The notes beneath the pieces are model-generated. The model did no database searches, was not told the origin of the DNA, and was given only the letters and a program-made list of their open reading frames with translations. Positions 23,300 to 35,026 of a DNA stretch of 64,000 bases are shown here, in pieces. The position numbers and the translations under genes are program-made. Numbering within the stretch: the stretch's first letter is position 1; each line of letters begins with the position of its first letter. Source of the DNA: Amphiscolops sp. MND2022 (lineage: Eukaryota); the NCBI GenBank assembly GCA_964187785.1, contig OZ076409.1, forward strand, positions 77,750,001-77,814,000, written 5' to 3'.

Positions 23300-26200
23300 T
23301 TCAACCCGTCTCCAAAAAAGTATTGTTTGTTTGTTTTTGAGACACATAGTAGTATACGCTGACTGTCCATCTTCTACATAACACGATATGACCTTGATTA
23401 ATTTTTGTTGGAAAATTCAAAAAGTTGTGCTTCGATGTTTGAGTGGTGTTGTTTGGTTTTAATCTCATGTTGTGTTCGCTGGTAGGATCACTTGTACTCT
23501 TTACAGCTGGCATCACACTAATATACTTGTTGTTATAGACGGTTCAGCTTTCTCTGAGCTCCAGACTCAAACGGGTGGTGGGTTCACAATCAATTCACAG
23601 TCTTCGTTTACAGCGATTGACAAAACATTCGTCAGGATAGTGTCTTAGGGAGCATCTCGAATTGGGATAACTTCTTGCAACTGGATTTGGTTTTTGCCCG
23701 GCTTTCTTTCAAGACTGCCGCTGCGTTAATCCTCAAGGAGGATTTCGTTTTCACCAACTGGTAAAAACTCCCAAGGACTAGCGAATTCGTAGGGCCTAGA
23801 TCAATCAATATCGCTTTGTAAGGCCTTTTGTAAAGAATTGCTGAACCACGAGATTGCGAAATCTGATCTGCTTCGTGGCTTATCTTCATTCGATTACTCT
23901 GTTATCTACGAAGGCGCAAAAGACCATTCTTTTAGTGCCATAAAGAAGCTCACAAGTCAATTTACTTCAATTGGATTGAACACCTCGAGTCACAAACTGA
24001 AGGCAGTCAGCCAATATCGGTCCTTTGTCGTGAAGCTGCGATGTAGCCCCCTTCCAGATTGGGACGATTGTGTTCAGAACCTTGCTGGTCAATATGAAAT
24101 CCAGTGTACACCTCAGCAACACCTGCTATATGAATGTTCCCGATTATGTCTTTCCTTGATCTTCAGTCTCCACTGACCAATTTGCCACCTATTTTTGGGG
24201 TACCAATTCCAGCTTTGGAATCTGATAGGGCAATGTTTCAGCCCTGTAAGAAGACTCCATTTTTCCTATTTGACCGTGCCCAATTTGTCCAGTTTTTACA
24301 GGGACGCAGCGACTATCAGTCGAGTCCTTCGACTACTATGTCGGGGACCAAAACTGTCGTCAGATAAGAAGGTTAAAATTTAGAATTTCCATAAAGGAAG
24401 TGGTCCACGTCAGGGCGAGACACAGAACAAGTTGGAAGAGGGTTATCAAAAGGTGGTCTTGCAACTTGAGCGGCTTCTGCGGCTTCCTATGACTCTACTC
24501 CCACCATGCACTGATCGAGCGGCACCAGAGATGTGCCTTCTCTTATGTTTTCGTTGGGCCGACTCAGTGTTTCTGTTCCTCGGTGTTCAGATGCTGGTGG
24601 TGAAGAAAGTACAAAGAGCGTTAAGTTCAAAACGGACAAGGCTAAGTAAATCCAATCGACGACTGACTTCCATTGTACTTCATTCATATATTTCTTCTGA
24701 GTTTTTGTTCATGATAAGAGATTCCTTGTATTTATTTGGATGGGATTGATGGACCTACAGATAGATTCAGCACGCCGAAGTGCAAATAGGAGACAGGAGA
24801 AAAAGGTTAAAAAAAGTTTTTTCTGCAATTCTTTTTTCAGTATCTGTATGAGTCTGTTTTTTGGTAAAATTATTTGTTGTTCAATTTGTATCTTTTTGAG
24901 TTTTTTGGGTATCGACATCATCATTATTGATTCTATGAGGTTGGTAATTTTCAATGTTTTCTCCTGGTTCAGAGGTCTGTTCCACTGGGCTCCCACACTA
25001 GTTTTTGATAAATCGGAGAGGGTGGTGGTTGTTTTCAGGCAATTGGATTGGGACGTAATCTGTGTCCTCGAGTATTTGTGAATTATTAACGGCTTTGAGC
25101 CAAATATTGTGTTCCATGATTGGGCATGAAGATCATCTTGTGCTACAGGCATTTAGTCATCTCATAGCCAATCTGTTTCACAAAAAAAAAGATGTTTGCT
25201 AGGGGTGCTTGCAGGCGAATCCTATGTAGCAGTTGCGTTTTTTCAAAGTTTTGTCAGCAAGATTTTTGTCCACTATAGACGGTCCATACTATCTAACTTT
25301 GCGAAATGGTAAGGTTTTTGCTTGATTTTCAGCCTTTGGGTTGAGGATATAGCGGTACTCGGTAGTTTCAAGCGGAGCTGTTTTTGTTTTTCTATCATGA
25401 TGATCAAAGTAAGCTTTGTATCTGAGACAAGACTGCATGATGTTCTTTTTTTTCCGTTCTAGAAAAGGTTTCATTCGTTTTTTGATTTCCTCTGCAATAT
25501 CAGTTTGTAGCTGATATCTAGGATTAGTATTGAATCTGATTTTATAGTCGAGCATATTGTGTGTATACGACAAATGAAAGACTCTTGAGAGTTCAGAGCC
25601 GAGTGATGGATGGTATGTTGTGATGTGTTTAAGGACTGCCAACGGAAGGAACTTGGCCAGTAGTGCCTAAATTTGCCTCATTTAGGTGTGTTTTTACTGA
25701 TGCAAGAGTTGTCTCGAGGAGTCCTATTGTTTGGGCATGTTTCAGTGTAGCGAGTGTCGCTGGGATCCAAGAACTGCTGCAATTTCATGAGTTCTATGAG
25801 CCTTAAATTGAGTTCCCAGATCTGTGATTTTTGTTGTTTGAGTGTAGGTATACAAAATATATCCTTGGTAACCCTTTACACTGTAGTAGCAGTGATGCGA
25901 GTTACTGGATAGGTGAACATGTGTCTTGTGAAGACATCTATTGCGGTTATGATGTGGCCATATCTACCACTGGGTGGAAGTTAGGGTAAGATGTCCATTT
26001 GTAAGATATCCTCAGGACCAAAGTCCCATTCTAGGCAGTTGAATTTTCGTCTTGAGGAGGTCGTTATTGGTGAGTTAGGTTTGGATGCAAGTTTGACTGT
26101 TAATGATCTTCTTTTGATGTATTTAGCAATACATGCGTAGTATTATTTTTGTCTGGTTTTTTCTATCAACTTTGTAATGCCGTTTGAGTTATGAGAAGTA

Positions 26201-29200
26201 CGTCTAGGAGTTGTGTCGACAGTTAAATTTGGCAGTCTGAAATGTTTCCTGTATCCGTTTAGTAATTCCGGGTCAGGACTTCTTGTTTAATTTTTATTCT
26301 GGTGATGTGTTGTATGAAATGTTTGTGTCGATAGTCTGATGCCAATTCGTTGTCGTCGAAGGGGCATCCTTCTTCTTTGGACCTCAAATTTCTCGGTACA
26401 ATATCGTTGTTTTGTTCAAGTCTGATTCGGGCATTGTCTTTGGAGTGTCCTGGAAAAATAAAATCAGGCTCGATGTGGGTCTGAGGTATTTTTGGAGTTC
26501 AGTGACTTTAAATTTTGCGTCAATGTGTGTTTCGGTTTGTGCTTTATTGCGGATGTTTTGTTTTTTCTTCCCAGATTTTGTTTCCGTCAATTTCATCATA
26601 AGGGAGGATGTAGATTAGTTCTTCCTCTACTTCTACCTGATAATTGGAGGTTGACTTCAATTGTAGTTTTGTTTGGATGTCATGGCGTATATTCAAATCG
26701 AGTTTTTCAATCATTTTGACTTCCGTCCTTAATGAGACAGCTGCGGTATCCATGAAAACAGCAATAAGGCCGAATATGAAACTGTTTTGTAACACAGAAC
26801 CGCGTGTGTTCAAGAGTGCTGGAGGGATGAGTTTTGCTTGAAAAAAGCGTGTTACTGATCTATTGTCTTTGAACACAATGACACGGAAGGTGCTTCAACA
26901 CATCAAGTGTCCATATTCGACAAATGCAATTTTTAAAGAAAGAACTAAATTCGAATATAAGGACATATGGTTCGTTTGGGTTTTTCGAAAGTTTTTCGAG
27001 CCAAAAGCTACAGGTGCTTATTTTTTTGCGCTTGCATTTTAGTCTTTAGTTTGGGTCATTCTCTAACATGATGGCACATGCAGCGGCGTTTTCTTTGAGG
27101 AAGTGTTTCAAAGCTAACTGGCAGGGGTTTTCAACTAGTTTATTCAGGTTGGTGAAATCTTCCATTAAGTTTGCGGGTACATAGAATTTGGATGTTTCAT
27201 TGAGAATCTTGGAAAACAGGATATCTGCTCTGAAAGGCGTAGAAAATTGACTTGTTTGACTACAAAATGACATTTCGACATAAAGAGTTTCCGTCCTTTA
27301 TTGAGTATGCCTTCAAAGACGGTTCTGGTGCTTGCAGATAGCTGTTTTGTGTCGTTGGCTGCAATGTCGATGTGGTCAAGATTGTGCTCATTGATCTGCT
27401 TTGATGACCCTGTCAAGGTATTCTCTCTTGAAACTGGAGAATGCTGAGAAGGATCTGTTCAAGACTAGGGCAAGTCCTCGGTAAGCATATGTTGTGCTTG
27501 TAAAATTGAAAGCGAGCATATGTTTTGATTGATAGTATGCCATAGGCAATGGTAATCCTTGGAGCAGTCTAATTTGCAGAAAAGTTTTCTCCCTGCCTTT
27601 TGTTGTGCTGCATCCGCTTTAATGCTTACCGTTGTGATCAACGTACTCCTCGGTAATTAGGTTGTTTGCTTTCCTGAGATCACCTCGGAGTCCAAGACTT
27701 CCGTTGGGCTTACGTTGTGCAAACATGGGGCTCGCCGATTTTGAAAAACGTAAGATTGGTATAATGCCGAATTTGGGTAAGAGTGAAAGTTCGAACGTAA
27801 TGTCATCTTTGAGGTTAATTGGCGTCGGTAGATATTGACTATATGCAGGCAGGTCTGTCATTATTCGGTGTTAATTTTACCTTGAATTTGCGGTTTGTGC
27901 TCAGATCAAAATGTCTGGCAAATATATGGTGAAACTCATTGAGGATCCCTTCAATTTCCTGTTGTCCTCCTGCGCTGAGTGTTGCATCGAACCAGCCGAA
28001 GTTTGAGAGGAATGATTTTCTGGTTGTTTCGTTATCATGTGTATTCAATTTCTTAAGGTTCTTTCGTTAGAGAAGTTCGTTGCATATTCGTTGTTCAATT
28101 GGAGTGTATGTAGCTGGATCACCTGGTTCTTCTGGGGTCGAAAACCAATGTTTCCTGCTCTGTGTTTGGTTGTGGTACTTTATTATGTTCGTTTATGTAG
28201 ACTTCAGTTGTGTCTTCATGTTGTATCAAAATAAATAGCAAAGCCAGGTCTACCGGATGGATGTTAGATTTGTTCTGGTATGAATGTCTTAGAATCCGCT
28301 AAATGGGTGTCAAAGAATATTGTATATGGTAGTTCAGAAAAAGGTATTATTTGATATTCTAATAGCATTGGTATTGACAGTGCTAAGTGACGATGGGAAA
28401 GAGATATCATGATTTTTAAACTGCTGTGATGGGACGACTGTTCCGGTTGCATCATGGTCCAACAAAGGAGGCATTTTGCTTGCTATGGAGAGTGTTTCAC
28501 CGGTGTGAGGTGTAGGTAATTTTGACAAACAAGGGAGTTACTTATCTGATCGATGTTTGGATATCGAGTTTGAGTTGCAGGGAGAGGTAGGGGAAAGTTA
28601 AGGTGCCCTGTGTGACATCGAAAATGGCATTATTCCTTCGGAGGAATCATAATCAAACGCGTGGAATTGGGAAGGTTTTCATGACGATGAAATTGTCCTT
28701 TAGCATAAAATCAGCTACTTCGAATTCAAGTAAAACCGGACAAATTGGGACTTCTAATTGTCCATTGGCCATTATGATTTGGAAATTTGGCGGTGGCCAG
28801 TTTCTTTGATTGCTTCCTTGGCAAGTAATTTAATTTTGTTGAGGTCTTGTTAAGTAACTTGTCTCCCGTGTGGATGAGATCATCAAGTGTGAGTTTTTCG
28901 AAGTCCATTGGCATGTTGTATATGCGTGTTTTCTCTTTAGTGTTATATAGTTAAAAACATCATCGTCTAGAAGGGGTTGTTTTTGTCTAGATGGGGTCAT
29001 TGCAAGAAGATTTTATTAAAAGGGGATTGTGGTGAAGTTCTGAGATTGTGTCAAATTTGGGATACGTCGTTTCTTTTTGGTTGGTAAAGTAGTTGTCTGG
29101 TGCGTCTGGAAGAGTTTGTGTGAATCAGTTGTATTTGGGTGGTCGGTTGTCCATGTTGGCACCAACATGGCAGTTTTCTTTTTCATAACCCGAAGTTTTG

Positions 29201-30800
29201 CGTTGAGAGCATTTCGGTGCACGCATATTTTCTTCAAATTTGCGTCGTTCAACTAGTTTAGGGCCGTCATTCATATTATGACTCGCATCTTTGCAATAAC
29301 GGTTATGATCAATTTTGACGGTTTTGTTTGGTAATGTTTTTGTAGTTTGTTGTTTAGTGTTGACACTCTGTTTTTTGTTGGATTTTTCTAGGTTTTTTTT
29401 TGAGTAACAGTCATTTCAATTTTGACCAGATGTTCATCAGCCACTGGACCGTTTAGCTCAATTTCTCTTTCGAGATGTTTAACAATTTGGTCGAATGTGC
29501 CATTTTCAAGATATGCTTGAGTAATGAACTTTTTAAGCTGTGGGGTTATTTTTGAGTAGAGTGGATTGTCTATCACTTGATATGCATTGTCGCCATTTCT
29601 GCACGTTCTTGGAGTTCTTCCATAAAGTCCGAGATTTTTTGATTATCAGTATCAAAGACGAAACTGTTCAAAATGTGTTTGCCTGATGCATTAGATTCCG
29701 GATTGACGTATGTTCTGCAAAAAAAAACTTTCGAAAGTCTGTAGTTGGGATTCTTTGTATGTTTTTGAATGTTTCTAGTGTCAAACCTCTGAAATGTGCA
29801 TGAATGTTGTTGATTTTTATCTCAATGATTAGGTTAGTTTGCTTTCAAAGAATTGTAAGAAATTGGTCTCCGAAATACTAAAGATTCTCGTTTTTTTTTT
29901 TCATTTTTGCCAAAAACATGTTAGTGTGATTTAGTTGGGTGAAACAATGATTGTGAAATGTTTTTGTTTGCCAGATTTTCTACGGAAATTGTCATAAATT
30001 GACTGGGTCAAGTGATTTTGCCGTCGAGGTTGACGTATTGGGGTCTGTGTGGGATCCATATGTGTCACTTAACGACTGCGGATTTTGAGAGCTTTGCCTA
30101 TGGAGTTGTCGGTTGGCTCCTGTCACCGTGTGATAATCCTTTCACTCCGAGTCTTCATTTGAAAATAATCTAGCGTCGAAGTCTATTTCGTTACGGTACA
30201 AAGGCTTAGAAGGAATTCGCAAATCTTTCATTCCTGAAAATATAAAAGGATAACCTTCAGTTTCTGAGTTGTCCAAGTTTTATATATTTGATGCGTGTAC
30301 TCCTATACACTTTCCAAGTTTGGATCCCAACTGTTGCGTATTTTGAGTGTCGACAGTTTCTGATCTTGGATTTGACTTTGTAGAGATACTTCTGTTGGTC
30401 CTAATTTCTTTAGAAAGACCTTCCATTTTGTTGTCCATTTCCTATTTCATTTGGTGATTCTATCATTGTTTCTTAGCTCAAATGACTGCGTCCATATTTG
30501 AATTTCCTAACAAGTTTGACTGGGTTCAGCTAGTTGGGTTCCCAAATTGATCTCACCAAAACTTTCTTGAACATTGACATTAGAATTAGTTAAAGCCACA
30601 TTACCTGTAGTGGGTGTTCCGGTTCGGGCATTGCTCATTTCTCTCTCAGGAGAAAATGTTTGTAGTCTCCTAGACCTTCTGTTCTTCCTGTTCCCCATTT
30701 TGATCAAGAGGAAATAATTGTTGTGCACGCTTAAACATTTGAAAAATGATCCAAAATTCGTTGAAATCAAATTGGAGTGCATGAAGAAATTAAGGGAGAA
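23300..30800 (-). mobile_element. Decayed Ty3/Gypsy LTR retrotransposon (gag-protease-RT-RNaseH-integrase plus extra 3' region)
   Basis: gag-like fragments 30507-30782 and 29388-29576; protease LDDLIHTG (28726-28914); RT FSKSASPMFAQRKPNGSLGLRGDLRK (27619-27861); RNaseH DNRSVTRFFQ (26544-26876); integrase PEDILQMDIL..ITAIDVFTRH (~25900-26030) and 25289-25642. Many stops and frameshifts; a purine tract near 23305-23313 (minus); LTR pair not resolved. Confidence 0.9.
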
Positions 30801-31281
30801 GATTGTAATTACAAAGATTACACTGCTGATTTAAACTGGCGGCTTTGGAAGGGAGATTTTTTCCGAATGCTCACTCCTTAAAATGTACTTCAAGTCCCTA
30901 AAAAAAATAAAAACGACATGCAATATTACAAACATCAAAGATTAAAAATAGGGCAACGTCAGGAATCCATCATTCTACATATTCATTGAATCATCTTTTC
31001 GTGACGTTTACAAATAGCCAGGGTTATTGAGAAAACGCATAATGCAGTATGTACGTACTTACTCGAAGCGTATAATACCGTATACAAATAGCACCAGATA
31101 ATACAAAATGAGGCACAAGCATGATGTTAACAGTAGGGGGGGGGTTAAAATGTTATCACATTGTTGTTATTTTGCCCCCACATAAATGGGAGAGGAAAGT
31201 CATGATCTGTGACGCGTTTGCTTAAACTAATTCTGCCAAAACTCCACTTTATCTAGACTCCATTTATGCACTTTTTTCAAT

Positions 31282-31380
31282 TATGGTGGCTCAGTCAGTA
31301 TGTAGATCCTGGGTTCGAACCCTTGCTGGTGCTTGATTTTTTTTTGTTTCCTAGCCAGTAGGTCGAGGGTTCGAACCTCT
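31282..31380 (+). other. tRNA-derived SINE-like head (A-box TGGCTCAGTCAG, B-box GGTTCGAACC, second B-box at ~31368)
   Basis: Pol III box motifs are present, but no complete cloverleaf. Confidence 0.4.
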
Positions 31381-31913
31381 CTTTCTCTTTCACCATACTT
31401 TTTTTGCGACCAGCGTGTCGCCAAAAATATACCGGTGCTTAGCGGGGGGCGTCTTGTTGTTTATCACCTTAGAATACAAAAAAATATAGTGGAACCTAAG
31501 TTTTACCTAAATTAACATAACCCTGCTTTTAACCAAGATTCACAACCAAATGAACTACATGACTGTCATCAAAACAATAAGAAAAAGTTTCTAATGCTTA
31601 GCAGTTTACGTCAGTCGTTGTTTGGCTTTCATCACTGGTGCACTACGGACCCATCGCATCGCTGTGCGCCTGACAATTTTCCATGAAAAAAAATCAAATT
31701 TGTAATAAATATTCTCATTGAGATGCGGTCGCTCGTCACCATGCCATGAAAACGCCTGTTTTGTTGTTGAGTTCAAGTCTCCTTTTTTTTCTGAAAATCA
31801 CTCATCTATTCCCTTGTTCAAAGTTTCAAAACAATTGTTTGACATACCAGATGGTCTCGTATTCCTCACTATATTGATAAAATCGCGATCATGCTTTTGA
31901 ATCACATTCATTT

Positions 31914-32219
31914 ATGTTTTGTGTTTTATTTTTGGGGCAAGCGAGTAGTCATCTCAAAAAACAAAATGATCCCCGTTACTACAATATTAAGACTCCGCTG
32001 CGCGAAGGGTGTCGAGTCATGTACCGCTACATGATGTTTGGGTACGCTTATGGAGAAAAAACCCCGCTCGATGCTGTGTGGGTTGGCTACTTATGGAATG
32101 AGCCACCAGGGCCGCCAATGCACACGTTCAATGAAGTCAAGTACATAGATGGGGCCAAAGCAACAACGTATATCCAAGACGGCTATCTGTACTTGAAGGT
32201 TGGCCAAAAGCTAATATAA
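31914..32219 (+). CDS. Orphan ~100-aa ORF or exon with protein-like composition, unknown function
   Basis: YYNIKTPL..MYRYMMFGYAYG..PLDAVWVGYLW..TTYIQDGYLYLKVG; GC-richer and open within AT-rich flanks. Confidence 0.45.
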   Translation: MFCVLFLGQASSHLKKQNDPRYYNIKTPLREGCRVMYRYMMFGYAYGEKTPLDAVWVGYLWNEPPGPPMHTFNEVKYIDGAKATTYIQDGYLYLKVGQKLI

Positions 32220-34134
32220 AATCACGAGCGTACAAACAAAGTCAAGAATTGTGAAATCATGATTCTACAGTAAAACATATTCTAAATAGGACGAAATTGA
32301 ACCATTGCTCTTCAGATCGGCAATGCGGCCTGCGTTCTAGGAAGTGTGAGCGACAGAGGTGCGTTTGAAGAAATTTTTTACCTATAGGTATTTTTTAAAA
32401 ACTTGTATATCGTCGCAGCTTTTTAAAACCTTGGTTCTACCGGTCTACTGGGATAGTGGCTGCTATGAGTAGTTTCTTTTTGGTCATTTTTTTCTTTGTT
32501 GCTACCGGTTGCTACCGGTGGCTGGTATGGGTTTTCCTCCTTTCGTAGCAGACCACGGGTGTGTGTCTTCTCCCCCGACATGATGACACACATGGCACTT
32601 GATTGATGACGAAGATCCATGGTATTTGATGAAGTATAAAGAAAATTGAACCATGAGTCGCGACCAAAAACAAATGGTCTGCTCACAGGTCAATTTTTCA
32701 TTTTTTTTCGGAAAACTATTCCCCACGTGAATTCACACATGCAAACATGTAGATGTGAGCCAACGAAACACTTTTCGGAACGTTCTTAATTGGAGATATA
32801 TCTTTAGATATATCTCCAATTAATATCCATATTAAGGTATCTCCAATACATTCTTAGGTATCTCTTCAATTGAGAACGTTAGGAAAATTTGACAAAATCG
32901 TCTTTTAAAGCCTCAAAAACCGCTGTTAACAACCGAATAGTTGTCAACAATTACTTTTGAGGTCTTGAAAAACATGAATTTGTCAACTTTCTTGAGAGTT
33001 CTCCGAAAGTTTACCGAATTCAAATCAGAAATTCACGCGTTGCATTATCAAATGAACAAGACGTGCAAAGTTTTTTGTCTCTGTGGGGGAAACGTTCGGA
33101 GGAATCGAAAGAAAAAGTTGGTAGCTTCGCCTTTTTGGCAACATCTAAACAAACGCAATTTACTTCTGCAATTTACAATAGAGTTATTATGCAAGTTGTC
33201 TCAATAAAAAGTTATATAATATATATAATATCGTGAATTTATCTTTAGGTGGGACCAATGAAACGGTGCTGCAATTCGTTCGAACTGCACTACTATGGGC
33301 ATTATTTGAATGCGACCATGGGACTACAGCTTGATCAATACTCCGTCACTGCAACAGAGAACTGAGCCGCCATTAACATTTGAAGACGAAGAATAACCTG
33401 GTAAATTGCGGTTATGATTTATCACTGATTCGAACAGAAACAAGAAAAGACTCGCATACTTTTGTCGTTTTTGGCGCGTCATTCGAGCATAGGTGCTTCC
33501 GAAAGTTCAACTACCTGTTATGTGAAAACCTAACGGATTTATTTCTTTTTTGTAAGCAATCAATTTCTTCATTATCTCAATGTACAATCTAAAAAAATTA
33601 TGAAAATTATTTTTTTTATTTCATGAAACAAATGAGCATGCAAAAGAAGCTATTTGATTCTCAGATATTGAGAAGTGAAGATTTGCTTTGTGTTTTTTTC
33701 GTCTTTTCAGTGAATCCTATGTATTTGTGTCGTGTATTCCTGATTTTTTGCACAAAAAGAATATTTCTGTTTCGTTTTTTGTGCGATATCACAAATCCTT
33801 ATACACATCACAAAATTCACTGAAAAGACAAAAAAACAGACAAAAGAAAATTTACCTCTCAATATCTGACAATCAAATGACTCTCTGAAAATAATTTTGA
33901 TGTCAATATTTTTCCTTCGCTTCGGTAGAATGTATATTTTCCAACTGTACCTTGATACCACAAACTTAAAGACACCTAACATCAGAGGCGAAAACCTTAA
34001 TAGAGCATTTTATTCTTTCAAGACATGCATTTGACGAAAAAGACCCAGGATCAAAATTTTCTCAGATTTTTTCCAGAATTACATCGACATTTTTTGGAAC
34101 GAAAATTTAAAAACCGCAAGGCGGGTCAACCCTT

Positions 34135-34260
34135 CATGGATATCTTAGGAAGATCTTGGCAAGATCTTGCCAAGATCTCGGAAAAATCTAGCTAAAATCT
34201 TGCCAAGATATTGCCAAGAATTGCAGGATATCATGGTAAGATCTTATCAAGACAATCATG
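34135..34260. repeat. (CAAGATCTTG)-type degenerate satellite; copy 40600-40725
   Basis: Direct reading. Confidence 0.8.
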
Positions 34261-34284
34261 TTCAGAAGAAAAAGGTGAGGCAAC

Positions 34285-34935
34285 GATTGAGTCCCAAAAC
34301 AAATTGAGTCCCAATACAAATTGAGTCCCAATACAAATTGAGTCCCGATACAAATTGTGTCCAAATGCAAAAAGCGTCAATTGAGTCCCGCGACAATTGA
34401 GTCCCAAATAAAGTACTTTGATGAACTTACCAAATGCTGACAATTGAGTCCCAATGTAAAAACCGACAATTGATACGGTTGCATATTTGTTGTATGGCTC
34501 GGTCGCTTCGCTCCCTTCGCCAAGTATCAACATTGAGGCATGGCCATATGGTCCGTCGCTCCGTTTCGCTTCGCTCCTGCATTTAGGGCACTAGGGTATG
34601 TGAACATATCTGACTACGTTATAATATTATTTTATTTTTTATTCTAAAGGATTTGAATTATTTCATTACAGTGCATAGGCAAGCTATTTTGTTACTTGTC
34701 GTGGAATCCGGAACACGAAAATTCTCGTGCTTGTCCGTGGAATGCTTGCCCATGGAATCCGGGACTTATGACGTAATTTGCCAATTTTGCACAGTTAAAG
34801 GTATGGTCGTGGAATCCGAGGTATTGAAAGCACAAAATTGTGCTTTGAGCAAAATTGGCTTGCCTATGCACTTTTATGTTGGGACTCTATTGTCGCGGGC
34901 TCAAACGTCGTTTTTTGCATTTGGGACTCAATCGT
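34285..34935. repeat. 17-bp AATTGAGTCCCAATACA tandem units with inverted copies (TTGGGACTC) at ~34878-34935; copy 40750-41400
   Basis: Direct reading; the arrays enclose the GC-rich CTAG module and CGTGGAATCCG repeats. Confidence 0.8.
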
Positions 34936-35026
34936 CCATTTCTGGAAAAAAGATTACAAAGAAGCCCAATATGGCAAAAAAATCTCAATGAAAAGCCCAA
35001 TATTGCAAGAATACTTTATTACGAAA

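Noticed and set aside
24740..25081. Hydrophobic plus-strand ORF as a membrane protein
   Set aside because: Antisense to the A-rich post-integrase region of the Gypsy; the hydrophobicity reflects T-richness.
31282..31332. Functional tRNA gene
   Set aside because: A and B boxes are present, but I could not build an anticodon arm or acceptor stem; SINE-like relic at best.
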